IMG/VR virus record: IMGVR_UViG_3300010224_000010
Direction: 5' to 3' (one strand)
Length of the DNA stretch: 64,000 bases
Source: a virus
The notes beneath the pieces were generated by a model, which was not told the DNA's origin, ran no database searches, and saw nothing but the letters and a program-made list of their open reading frames with translations. The position numbers were made by a program, and so were the translations under genes. Numbering within the stretch: the stretch's first letter is position 1; each line of letters opens with the position of its first letter. Shown here piece by piece: positions 31,245-40,375 of this stretch.

Positions 31245-33194
31245 CTATCCTCCGTACGTGCCGAAGCCGTAGCAGCCTGCGCCGTAGCGGTCGACGTCGT
31301 CGTTGCAGGGGTCGCAGGCGCCGATGTGCCGCGAGGTGAACGTGGCCTGGCTGGTGAGCGAGGGGGCGCGCAGCAGCCGGTGGTGGCGGTCGCGGAAGAT
31401 GAACGTCCCATCCGGTCCCGTATAGGCGATGGACGGCGGCCCCTCCGATGCCAGCAGATCAGTGACCGCGGAGAACGCGTCGGTCTCCTCCAGCCACCAC
31501 CACGGCACGAACGTCGCCCCGAGATCGAGGTCGCGCGGCCCGGTCCAGCCGACCGCGTCGAGGATGATGCCCATCAGGGTGCCGGTGCGTTGTGACTGGT
31601 ACAGCTCGGTGGAGATCTTCACGCCTTGCAGGAGCGACAGCAGGTCCAGGGCCGTGATGTCGACGGAGCGGTCTCCGCGGTCCGGGTGCACGTCGAAGTC
31701 GTCGACGCGGGCTGTGAACAGCGGGTACAGGGTGTCGGCGTACACCGTCTCGACCTTGACTGGCAGCGCGGGCGACATGTCGTCCGCGATCGGCGAGTCA
31801 GGGTTCTCCGGCGAGTACAGCCGTTCAGCGTTGCACAAGGTCATCGACAGGGAGCCGACCTTCGGGGGCGCGAGCTGACGCGACTGATCTCGGCCGTAAG
31901 AAAAGGTGACCGGACCGCGCTGGAGCACATCCGCGGTGACGTTGTCGTACGGGTCGTCGAAGTCGCCGTCGCCTGCCCAGTCCACGGCCACCGTGTATCC
32001 GGCTGGCAGGGTGGGCCGCACATTGACGTTATCGAAGTAGGCGTAGTCGTCGCTGGCCGGTCCGCCGGTCACCAGCGGCGTGCAGTGCGCGAGGAGCTGG
32101 ACCTGAAGGTCGTTGTCCGCGACCCAGGCTGGGGACATGGCGGAGTGCTGGGTGCTCCATGCTCGTCCGTCGGGCGACGTGTCCCAGGCCAGGATGCTGG
32201 CGTTCTCGCGGATCCGCAGCCAGGCGTGCGCGATTGGGTCGTAGGGGATGACGGTGGCGTTGTCGTCGACGAAGCCCACCTGGACGGCCATGGCGAGGGT
32301 GTTGGTCGCTGCGTCGACTTCGAACACGATCTGCGTGCCTGCGGTGTCGGACAGGACGAGGAGCTGCGCGTACGACTCGGAGTGCCCGGGCCCTTCCGGT
32401 GGTGTCACCTGGGCGTGGGCGTAGGACTCCTGGAGCCGGTAGATCGGAGCGGACGCGAACGCCGCGAAGCCGGTGTCGCACGGCACGCGGCCCTGGCCTG
32501 CCACCTGGTCCGGCAGGGCGCCCCCCGGGGCGCTGTTGTAGTTGTCCGGCCACTTCACCGTGTCCACGGTGGCTGCAGTGAAGGTGTCCGTCAGGTCGGC
32601 AAAGGCCAGGGTGGAGGGGATGACGTTGAAGTCGTCGAACTCGGCGAAGTCGGGTGTGCCGGAATCCCGGTGGGTGATGAGCTGGATCTCAAGGTCGGTG
32701 TCGCTCACCCAGGCCGGCGATGTGGTGGTGCGGCGGCTCGTCCAGGTCAAGCCATCCGCGCTCGTCGACCAGACCAGCGTGCCGGCCGCCTCACCGATAC
32801 GGAGCCAGCGGTGGGCGACGGGGTCGTAGGCCAGCTGGACTTCGCCTGCGTCGAAGAAGCCGACGCGTACGGCCATGGTGAGCAGGCCGGTCACGGCGTT
32901 CACTTCGAAGATGACGTCGGTGCCCGACGTCGACGAGGTGATCAGGAGCTGAGCCCACGCTTCGCTCGCCGCGCCCCCGGCGGCCGGGGGGAACATCTGC
33001 ACCCAGGTGTGGGAGTCGGCGAGCGTGTAGGTGTTGTCGCTGGTGAACGCGGAGAAGCCGGTGTCGCAGACGACGCGGGCGCGGCCTCCGGTCTCGGTGG
33101 GCAGTCCGCCGGCGCCGGTGTTGTAGTTCGAGGGCCACTTGACGGGGTCGACGACTCCGTCGGTGAAGGTGTCGCGGAGCTCCTCGGCGAGCAT
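31245..33194 (-). CDS. minor tail protein (distal-tail position) with two tandem lectin/CBM-like N-terminal domains
   Basis: First gene after the tape measure. Internal duplication TFTDGVVDPVKWPSNYN.. / TFTAATVDTVKWPDNYN.., each ~190 aa. Confidence 0.6.
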   Translation of the reverse strand: MLAEELRDTFTDGVVDPVKWPSNYNTGAGGLPTETGGRARVVCDTGFSAFTSDNTYTLADSHTWVQMFPPAAGGAASEAWAQLLITSSTSGTDVIFEVNAVTGLLTMAVRVGFFDAGEVQLAYDPVAHRWLRIGEAAGTLVWSTSADGLTWTSRRTTTSPAWVSDTDLEIQLITHRDSGTPDFAEFDDFNVIPSTLAFADLTDTFTAATVDTVKWPDNYNSAPGGALPDQVAGQGRVPCDTGFAAFASAPIYRLQESYAHAQVTPPEGPGHSESYAQLLVLSDTAGTQIVFEVDAATNTLAMAVQVGFVDDNATVIPYDPIAHAWLRIRENASILAWDTSPDGRAWSTQHSAMSPAWVADNDLQVQLLAHCTPLVTGGPASDDYAYFDNVNVRPTLPAGYTVAVDWAGDGDFDDPYDNVTADVLQRGPVTFSYGRDQSRQLAPPKVGSLSMTLCNAERLYSPENPDSPIADDMSPALPVKVETVYADTLYPLFTARVDDFDVHPDRGDRSVDITALDLLSLLQGVKISTELYQSQRTGTLMGIILDAVGWTGPRDLDLGATFVPWWWLEETDAFSAVTDLLASEGPPSIAYTGPDGTFIFRDRHHRLLRAPSLTSQATFTSRHIGACDPCNDDVDRYGAGCYGFGTYGG

Positions 33195-36100
33195 CAGGCG
33201 GCTCCCCGGATGGACGAGCGGACTGCCTGTTTCACGCTGGCGGGGATGCGGTTGGTGCGGGCGGTGTTGTCGAGCATCCCGACGAACCAGTTCTGAAGTT
33301 CCATCTGGGAGCCGATCACGCCCTGGTTGACGAGGTAGTAGTGGTGCTCGTGGACGGCCGTGTCCGCGGCGGCTCCTCGGCCGGACGCTCCTCTGACGAG
33401 GCCCACAGCGGGCGACGCCACTGCGGGCAGTGTGCTGGGTGTGCCGGACACGACCGCTCCAGCGACCCGCGTCATGGCCCGCTCGATCGAGGGGAGTTCA
33501 CCGACGATGCCGCCCCCGAGGCCCGCCATGGTCATGCGGCCCACCGCCTCCATAACGCGGGACGGGGAGCGGATACCGAGCGCCCGGCGGATGCTCTTCT
33601 GCATCGCCTTCGCGATCGAGAGCATGAGCTTTTCGATGTCTTTCTGCTGGGCTTTCAGACCGGTGAGGAAGCCCTTGCCCGCCTGCCGGCCGGAGTCGTA
33701 CAGCAGATCGGAGCCGGTCTTGCCCAGCGCGGTCGATGCGGAACTGATCTGGCCGTTGAGGCTGTTGAACTTTTTGATCGTCGCCGAGTCGGCGCCTGCG
33801 AGGGACTTCGCGAACGCAGCGCCCTGCTCCGGGCCCATCTGGAGGATCTGCTTCAACAGGTCCTTGCTCAGGCCCTTCTTCTGGAGCTTGGCCACGTTCG
33901 CCGTGAACGCCTTGATCGAGTTGAGAGAGGCCTGCATCTGCCCGGCCACGAACTTCGGGGAGAACGCGTCCTGCTGGACGATGGAGGCCAGCGACCCGGT
34001 GGCCCGCGCGTTGGCTGCGGTGTCCGTGGCGAACTTGTTCGCGTCGGCGATCTTCTTCGCGATGCTGTCGCGCTGCCCGGCCAGGCCCTGGAGCCGCTTG
34101 TTACCGGAGTCGAGCATCTTCACGAGCCGGTCGTCCGTGCGGCTTCCGGTGCCCTTGAAAGCGGTCGTGATCGCCGAGGCGAGAGACTTCGCCGTCGAGT
34201 TGATCTGGGCCTTGGTGCCGGTCAGGCCCTTGATGAACCCGGCGCCCGTGTTCTTCCCGATCGCCTGCATCTTCTTCGACGGAGACGCGATCTGAAGCTC
34301 GGCCCGGACCGCGGTATCGACCGCGGCCGCCATCGCTCGCGCCGCCGCGGCGACGACGCCCACCTCTCCCGTCATGCCGGACGCGAGACCCGTCGCCACG
34401 GCCGCGCCGGCCCCGGCCATCCCTCCGGCCGCCAGCCCCAGGCCACCGGAGTTGATGGCCTTCAGGAGCGGCAGGTGGCGCGCCGTCTGCTTGGCGTTGA
34501 CGACGAATTCGTTCTTCGACAGCCACGGCGCGTACACGTCGTCAGACGTTTCGGTGCCGGGGCCGTCGACCAGGCCGCCCCGCTTGTAGCCGCGGTACTT
34601 GAAGGTCTTGCCGGTGAACAGGCCGCCCGTCGCCCCGACGGCATCATGTGCGCTGCCGCTCTTGGTGGTGCTGGGCACGTAGTTGGTCTGGACGTTGGTG
34701 ATCTTCCAGGTGGTCAGCGTCACCGATCGGCTGCGCGGCAGGTTGTTGATCTGCCGCTGCGCAGAGGCGACCTTCGACTTCCAGTCCGCGATGTCCGCAG
34801 TGAGCTTCGCCCGCTTCTCGCCCTTGGCCGTGCGCAGCTGGACCTCGGCGCCCGCGATCTTCGCCCGCCAGTCGGCGACATCGGCGGTCAGCTTGGCCCG
34901 CTTGTCGGCCTTCGCCCCCTTCAGCTGGAGGTCGGCGGCGGCGACTTTCGCTTTCCAGTCCGCGATGTCCGCGGTCAGCTTGGCCTTCTTGTCACCCTTC
35001 GCCGTCTTGAGCTGCTTCTCCGCCTCACCGATCTTCGCCTTCCAGTCGGTGATGTCGGCCTTCAACATCGCCGTCTTGTCCGGCGTCTTCAGGATCTGAT
35101 TCGCCAGCTGCTCGGCCTCAGCCTTGGTGAGACCCATCGCCTGCGCGTTCCGGATGAGCGCCGCGCGGCCGCGGTCGTAGATCCCGCTGACCGCCGACCA
35201 TGACTGGCCGTTCTCGCGGGCCGCCGTCGCCGCCTCATCTGTCTTGCCGGCCAAGTCGTTGAGCGCCTGGGCGGCCGCCCTCTGCTTGTCCGTGTTCAAA
35301 GACAGCTGGCCGCCCTGCATCGACAACACGCCAGCGTTCTCCCGGGCGGCAGTCGCTGCCGCGTCGATCGACGCCTCGAAGCCGATCATCCCCGACAGGC
35401 CAGCCCTGTTGACGTCGTTGAGAGCCTGAATCGCCTGCCTCAAGCCGTCCGCGCTGGCCTTCTGGTCGGCGAGCTTCGCGGACGTGCTCTGCGCCTGCTG
35501 CCCGAACAGGCCCATCGCGTCGGCCGCCAGCTGCTGCTCGAACTTGGCGTCCTCGATCGCTCCCTTGTACTCGGTGAGGCGGCTGGTGAACTCCTTGGTG
35601 TCGTGGCCCCCCTTGCCGTACTCGGCGGTCAGCCGCTTCACGGCCGCGGCGGCGAGGTCGGCCTGATTGTTCTTGACCAGTCCGGCGAGGGCGTTGTCGA
35701 CGGCGCCCAGGTTGTCCTTGGCGTCCTTGACCGGGGTGGAGTCCCAGCCGGTCCAGCCGACGAGGAACTGCTGGATGTCGTCCGTGGTCGAGGGGTCGGT
35801 GAGGGAACGGACCTTGCCGTACAGGCCGGCGAGGTCCGTACCGAACGCCTTGGCCGCCTCGCCGGTCGTCTTGCCCGTCTTGCCCAGGCGGGCCAGCGAC
35901 GTCGTCAGCTTGTCGACGTCCGGTGGGGCGCCGCGGCTGCGCTGCGACAGTTCGGTCAGCGCGATCAGCAGCAGGCCGATGCCCGTCCCGGCGATGGCGA
36001 CCTTCGCCGTGCGGGAGAGCGTGGCGATCGCAGCACCCAGCTTCGGCAGGACCCCGGTCGCTCCGGCGGCTGCCACGCGCATCACGGTGATCGACGCGGC

Positions 36101-37174
36101 GAACGATGTGGCGCCTGCCGAGACTGCGGCGGCAGCGGCCACCGCGAGGCGTACGGCCTTCAGCGCGAGGGCGAACTGAAGCATGTGGGTGATCACATCA
36201 GGGGGGAGCGCGGCCACCAGCTTGGCGATCACGTTGACCACGGTCAGCATGCCCGGGCCGACGTTCGCGGCGGCCATCCCCACGTTGGCCAGGGCCTGCA
36301 TGAGGTTGGCGAGGGTCTCGCGGACGATGGGCCCGTTGTCGTGGACGTACTGCATGAACTCGGAGACGCCGCCGCTGATCTTCCCGGTGTTGAGGGTTCG
36401 GGTGAAGCGGATCAGCATCTCGTTGCCGCGCTGCAACGCCCCTACGGCGAAGTCGGAGAACGAGCGCATGAACTGATCGAAGGACCCGGAGGCGACCCCG
36501 CCGGCGGCGATCGTGACGAACCGGTCCAGCTCCCGGCCTGCGCCCTGCACCATCGGGGTGAGCTTCGGGAAGATCGCCCCGAACGTCTGCAAGCCCTTGG
36601 TGACGACCGGCATGGTGTCCCCGGCGAGACTGTCCGACCACTGCTGGTACTGGCCTTTGAAGGACGACAGCGCGGCCGCCGCCTCCCGCGTGGCGGGCGG
36701 CATCGTCTTGACCTGCCGCACGTACTCGGCCTGCGCCTTGAGTGCTTCCTTCGACGCGGCGCCGTGCTGGTCGACGGCCGTCTTGTACTTCGTCTCCGCG
36801 TCCGCGGCCTCCGTGAGCGCCGACACCTGGCCACCGGCCGCAGCAGCGAACGCCCCCACCGCGACCGCCGCAGCGCCGACGCTGGCCGCGATCGGGGCGG
36901 CCTGCACGGCGACAGGGATGAGCGCCGGGGACAGGCCGATCGCGGCTGTCTTGAGTTTCTCCAGGACGCCGTTGAAGGCGCTGCCGCCTCCGGCCGCACG
37001 GTTGAACGCCGTGTTGATCAGCCGGGATTCGGAGACGAAGCGGCCGCGTACATCGCGCAGCCGGCCGTCTGCGGTGCGGGAGAAGTCGCGCAGGGCCCGG
37101 GCGGCGGGGTCGGTGTTGGCGTTGACGTTGATGTGGGCGTCGCCGACGAGGTTGCCGCCCGTAGGGGAGGTCAT
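33194..37174 (-). CDS. tape measure protein
   Basis: 1326 aa, Ala/Gly-rich helical with TM-like segments. ATG 37174 overlaps the chaperone stop (ATGA). Sits downstream of the G/T chaperones. Confidence 0.9.
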   Translation of the reverse strand: MTSPTGGNLVGDAHINVNANTDPAARALRDFSRTADGRLRDVRGRFVSESRLINTAFNRAAGGGSAFNGVLEKLKTAAIGLSPALIPVAVQAAPIAASVGAAAVAVGAFAAAAGGQVSALTEAADAETKYKTAVDQHGAASKEALKAQAEYVRQVKTMPPATREAAAALSSFKGQYQQWSDSLAGDTMPVVTKGLQTFGAIFPKLTPMVQGAGRELDRFVTIAAGGVASGSFDQFMRSFSDFAVGALQRGNEMLIRFTRTLNTGKISGGVSEFMQYVHDNGPIVRETLANLMQALANVGMAAANVGPGMLTVVNVIAKLVAALPPDVITHMLQFALALKAVRLAVAAAAAVSAGATSFAASITVMRVAAAGATGVLPKLGAAIATLSRTAKVAIAGTGIGLLLIALTELSQRSRGAPPDVDKLTTSLARLGKTGKTTGEAAKAFGTDLAGLYGKVRSLTDPSTTDDIQQFLVGWTGWDSTPVKDAKDNLGAVDNALAGLVKNNQADLAAAAVKRLTAEYGKGGHDTKEFTSRLTEYKGAIEDAKFEQQLAADAMGLFGQQAQSTSAKLADQKASADGLRQAIQALNDVNRAGLSGMIGFEASIDAAATAARENAGVLSMQGGQLSLNTDKQRAAAQALNDLAGKTDEAATAARENGQSWSAVSGIYDRGRAALIRNAQAMGLTKAEAEQLANQILKTPDKTAMLKADITDWKAKIGEAEKQLKTAKGDKKAKLTADIADWKAKVAAADLQLKGAKADKRAKLTADVADWRAKIAGAEVQLRTAKGEKRAKLTADIADWKSKVASAQRQINNLPRSRSVTLTTWKITNVQTNYVPSTTKSGSAHDAVGATGGLFTGKTFKYRGYKRGGLVDGPGTETSDDVYAPWLSKNEFVVNAKQTARHLPLLKAINSGGLGLAAGGMAGAGAAVATGLASGMTGEVGVVAAAARAMAAAVDTAVRAELQIASPSKKMQAIGKNTGAGFIKGLTGTKAQINSTAKSLASAITTAFKGTGSRTDDRLVKMLDSGNKRLQGLAGQRDSIAKKIADANKFATDTAANARATGSLASIVQQDAFSPKFVAGQMQASLNSIKAFTANVAKLQKKGLSKDLLKQILQMGPEQGAAFAKSLAGADSATIKKFNSLNGQISSASTALGKTGSDLLYDSGRQAGKGFLTGLKAQQKDIEKLMLSIAKAMQKSIRRALGIRSPSRVMEAVGRMTMAGLGGGIVGELPSIERAMTRVAGAVVSGTPSTLPAVASPAVGLVRGASGRGAAADTAVHEHHYYLVNQGVIGSQMELQNWFVGMLDNTARTNRIPASVKQAVRSSIRGAA
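34745..35075 (-). repeat. four in-frame ~84-bp tandem repeats within the tape measure gene
   Basis: Encodes (K)LTADIADWKAKxxxAxxQLKxAKGxKxA repeated four times. The DNA repeat CTTCCAGTCCGCGATGTCCGC recurs. Confidence 0.8.
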
Positions 37175-37548
37175 GCGAGGGTCACCCCCATGGAGGCGAG
37201 GAAGGACTGGCTGGCGTCTTCGTCGCCGTGCCACCAGTAGGGCGCGCTGTCCTGGACGGGCTCGATCTCGCGGCGGTCACGGCCGGGCAGTGCCCATGCC
37301 GAGACGCCGAGGTCGGCGTCGAAGCGGGCTCGGGCCTGTTCCTCGGTCTGTCCGTCGCGGATGAGCAGCCGCTGGAGCATTTCGGCGTAGATCGCGTTCA
37401 GGAAGCGGTCGGCTGGGAGGGCTCCGAAGTCGATGCCTCGGGCTGCGTATTCGCCGTCGAGTTGGTGCCAGACTCCGGGCTGGCAGGCCCATCCGAGGAG
37501 GGCTCCGACGGCTCGGTAGGGCGCATGCCGTACTCCTCGATGAGCCAC
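37171..37548 (-). CDS. tail assembly chaperone, -1 frame extension (gpT-like part)
   Basis: Open in the -1 frame relative to 37398-37898 and overlaps it by 151 nt. Ends in an ATGA overlap with the tape measure. Confidence 0.55.
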   Translation of the reverse strand: MAHRGVRHAPYRAVGALLGWACQPGVWHQLDGEYAARGIDFGALPADRFLNAIYAEMLQRLLIRDGQTEEQARARFDADLGVSAWALPGRDRREIEPVQDSAPYWWHGDEDASQSFLASMGVTLA

Positions 37549-37898
37549 ATGACCACGTCGGCCAACTGGTTGTCGTCGATGGGCCGCTTCTTGTCCCTGA
37601 GGCGGCTGGCGAACAACTCGTAGGAGTCGGGGAAGAGAGCGAGGGACAGCGCCTGCTTCAGCATGTCCCGCTGTTGCTGGTAGTCCTCGGCTTCTGCACG
37701 GCCGTCGTGGAGGCTAACGAACTCGGCGAAGACGTCGCCAGGCAGCATGGTGGCCGCTTCGAAGGTGTCCTCGTCAATGGTGAAGATGAGGCGCTTGCGC
37801 TGGCGGCTGAAGTCGCGGCTGACAGGCGGCGGCGCGGCCGTCACGGCGGGGGGCGCCGTAGCGGCTACGCCGTTGGGGGATGTGAGGAGTTCGGTCAT
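37398..37898 (-). CDS. tail assembly chaperone (gpG-like)
   Basis: ATG 37898 lies 7 nt after a TACCGT -10-like hexamer. Acidic C-terminal tail; position directly upstream of the tape measure. Confidence 0.65.
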   Translation of the reverse strand: MTELLTSPNGVAATAPPAVTAAPPPVSRDFSRQRKRLIFTIDEDTFEAATMLPGDVFAEFVSLHDGRAEAEDYQQQRDMLKQALSLALFPDSYELFASRLRDKKRPIDDNQLADVVMWLIEEYGMRPTEPSEPSSDGPASPESGTNSTANTQPEASTSEPSQPTAS

Positions 37899-37905
37899 GT
37901 GCGGG

Positions 37906-37940
37906 ACGGTAGGTGCGCCCCACCCATGATCATTCCGGTG
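37906..37940 (-). promoter_or_regulatory. conserved 35-nt promoter-like motif, copy b
   Basis: Minus strand CACCGGAATGATC-N12-CACCTACCGT, then 7 nt to the ATG. Confidence 0.55.
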
Positions 37941-37966
37941 CCGGAACTGCGGTTCCGGAAACGCAG
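37941..37966. terminator. overlapping hairpins between the antisense HNH cassette and the tail promoter
   Basis: CCGGAAC-TGCG-GTTCCGG and CTGCG..CGCAG. Confidence 0.4.
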
Positions 37967-38001
37967 TCACATGGCTTTGCTCCAACTCGTAGAATGAGGA
38001 C

Positions 38002-38610
38002 GTGAAGCGAAGTCCAGTCGACCGACTCGCCGTCAAATCCCGCGAAGCCGTGTGCTTCACCCGCGGCCTGAGCCTCCCGTGCTGGGTGTACACGGGGGCA
38101 CTCAGCCCGAAGGGATACGCCGTCGTTAAGGTGACCAACCACCGCAACGCACCCGCGCACCGCGCCGCCTACGAGGAACTCATAGGTGCCATCCCCGCAG
38201 AACTTGAGCTCGATCATCTGTGCCGGAACCGATCCTGCTGGAACCCCTGGCACACCGATCCGGTGCCCCACTCAGTCAACGTGCAGCGCGGCTTGGCCGC
38301 CGCTGGAATCCGGGCACGTGCCGCCTTGGTCACCGCCTGCCCGGCCGGTCACGACTACGTGGGACTCAACGACAGGCGGCGTAGGAACGGCAAGCGCTAC
38401 TGCCACGCCTGCGCCGTGGAGCGTGAGCGCCGAAAGCGGGAGGAGCGCGGAGCGGGCGTCCCGAACGCGGCCAAGACGCACTGCCCGAAGGGGCATCCGT
38501 ACGACAAGGAGAACACGTACGTCGGCCCGTCGGGGCAGCGCATGTGCAGAAGTTGTCGGCGAGCCCACCTCCAGGCGCACCGGGCTCGCAAGGCTAAAGC
38601 GCAGCCCTGA
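38002..38610 (+). CDS. HNH homing endonuclease, antisense to the structural operon
   Basis: ELDHLCRNRSCWNPWH core and two CPxGHxY...CxxC repeats. It is the only plus-strand gene in the head-tail block. Confidence 0.8.
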   Translation: MKRSPVDRLAVKSREAVCFTRGLSLPCWVYTGALSPKGYAVVKVTNHRNAPAHRAAYEELIGAIPAELELDHLCRNRSCWNPWHTDPVPHSVNVQRGLAAAGIRARAALVTACPAGHDYVGLNDRRRRNGKRYCHACAVERERRKREERGAGVPNAAKTHCPKGHPYDKENTYVGPSGQRMCRSCRRAHLQAHRARKAKAQP

Positions 38611-38989
38611 GCGCCTCGCGGAGAAAATTGTTCGGTTTCGTGCCTGGATGAAAAACGACCCGCGCGTACACGGTCTGCGAGCCCACCGTGAAGCGCAGCG
38701 CCCGGGCCCGCACCGGCCGGATCACATGCGGCCTGGTGCCGCCGATGACGTACAGAGTCGCCGGGTGCCGGGAGTTGATGACGCCCTGGAAGTCGCCGCC
38801 CGGTCCGCGCCGGATCGCGACGGTGATGTTGTTGCCGTCGCCCATGCTGCCGGGCGCCCGTTGCCGGACGACTGCCTCGACGCGCTGCACGCGGCGCTCC
38901 ATGTTCCGGTAGACGAGGCCGCCGGGCAGGTGCAGCATCCGCTCGATGGCGGTGCGGTGGAGGTCGAAGCTCGTCGACACCGTGAACAT
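38594..38989 (-). CDS. HK97 gp10-like head-tail joining / tail completion protein
   Basis: C-terminal FHPGTKPNNFLREAL signature of the gp10 family. 131 aa. Confidence 0.6.
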   Translation of the reverse strand: MFTVSTSFDLHRTAIERMLHLPGGLVYRNMERRVQRVEAVVRQRAPGSMGDGNNITVAIRRGPGGDFQGVINSRHPATLYVIGGTRPHVIRPVRARALRFTVGSQTVYARVVFHPGTKPNNFLREALRAAL

Positions 38990-38992
38990 GGG

Positions 38993-39499
38993 TCAGTTCC
39001 TCAGCAGGCTGACGACCGCGCGGAACTCGTTGCCGCCGCATGCGCCGGTCGGTCCCTGCGGGGTGAGGGAGCGCACGAGGAAGTCGCTGATCTCGCGGTC
39101 CTCGTTCATCTGGCACAGGGTGGTGGAGACGGCGCGCATCATCTCGTAGGCGTCCTGGAGGATCTCGCGGGCGGATGCATCGAGTGCTTCCACCGTGGGC
39201 GGGTTGCCCTCGTCGTCGGCCGTCGGCGCGCACCTGACGACCTGCATGATGATCTCGGCCGCTTCCCACGGCGCGTCGCAGCCGTTCCCGACCCGGGCCT
39301 GGGCGGGGTTGGGGAACTGCTCGGTGGGATAGATCTGGCCGACGGACACGGCGAGGAGACCGCAGTCGCAGGCGTCCCAGGCGATCGCCCCGGGCACGAC
39401 ACCGTGCCGGGCCGGGGTGACGGTCAGCTCGGCGTAGATCGCCTGCTCCAGCCGGGAGGCGACGGTGTACCACTTCAACGGGCCGGAGATCATCGGCAT
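38993..39499 (-). CDS. head-tail connector region protein
   Basis: Start MPMISGPLKWYTV at 39499, 3 nt after the upstream stop. Confidence 0.5.
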   Translation of the reverse strand: MPMISGPLKWYTVASRLEQAIYAELTVTPARHGVVPGAIAWDACDCGLLAVSVGQIYPTEQFPNPAQARVGNGCDAPWEAAEIIMQVVRCAPTADDEGNPPTVEALDASAREILQDAYEMMRAVSTTLCQMNEDREISDFLVRSLTPQGPTGACGGNEFRAVVSLLRN

Positions 39500-39501
39500 C
39501 G

Positions 39502-40308
39502 TCAGGCCCCCGGCTTCCGTACGGTCGGCTGGTCCACCCGGAAGACCCGCGACCGCTGCCGCAGCCCGGCCGGGTTCCACGTCGCGATGAACGCGTCCAC
39601 CAGAAACAGCCCGGTCCGACCCTGCTTGAAGAGCTCACCCACATCCGGATAGCTGATGGTCACGCCCTGCCGCACCAGCTGCTGCACTCCAGCCGGCAGA
39701 CGGCAGTCCTTCCCGTCCGCCGCCTTCGCGAACTGGCAGGCCAGCTCGCCCATCGCCAGAGCAGCCCCGGTCGGCAGCGGCTCCCCGAAGCGGGCCGTCA
39801 CCGACCACGCGCCCTCCCCCGAGTCGACCGCCAGGTCGTTGGAGTGCGGCCACTGGCCGCCGTCCGTCCGTACGAGGATGCGGTTGTTGTCGAGGCGGTA
39901 CGCCGACGAGGCGAGTACGGCGCCGTCGACGACGACCTCGGTCACGTCGTACACCGGCGCGGGCAGCCGGACCTCCGACACGCGCGAGCATGAGCAGCCT
40001 GACGAGCAGGAGCCGCAGGTGAGGTTGAACCACAGGCCGCCGATCAGCGCGGGCACCGGCCAGTAGCGTGCCGTCCACGGGGGGCCGAAGTCGTCGTAGA
40101 AGCGGCCGTCGCCCAGGTTGTCGCGGCACGGGCGGAGGGTGATCTCGCACAGCCCGAACCGCATCCCGGTCAGTGCGTACAGGGTCTCCGTCGCCGCCGA
40201 TACGGCGATGCCGGTGACGGCCGGGTTGAGCGTCGAGACCTCGCAGGTCCACTGGACGGGCCAGTCCGAGCAGGGGCCACGCATGTCGCCGTCCTGGGCA
40301 AGCGCCAT
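39502..40308 (-). CDS. putative head-to-tail adaptor (Cys-rich)
   Basis: 268 aa with CGSCSSGCSC cluster. GAGAGGGA RBS. Function is inferred from position only. Confidence 0.4.
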   Translation of the reverse strand: MALAQDGDMRGPCSDWPVQWTCEVSTLNPAVTGIAVSAATETLYALTGMRFGLCEITLRPCRDNLGDGRFYDDFGPPWTARYWPVPALIGGLWFNLTCGSCSSGCSCSRVSEVRLPAPVYDVTEVVVDGAVLASSAYRLDNNRILVRTDGGQWPHSNDLAVDSGEGAWSVTARFGEPLPTGAALAMGELACQFAKAADGKDCRLPAGVQQLVRQGVTISYPDVGELFKQGRTGLFLVDAFIATWNPAGLRQRSRVFRVDQPTVRKPGA

Positions 40309-40330
40309 CGGTCCCTCTCAGGGTGTAGGC

Positions 40331-40361
40331 GAGCCCGGTCGAGTGGAAGCCGACCGGGCTC
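40331..40361 (-). terminator. hairpin after the 225-aa structural gene
   Basis: 11-bp perfect stem GAGCCCGGTCG/CGACCGGGCTC. Confidence 0.55.
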
Positions 40362-40375
40362 GTGAACTGCGCGTG

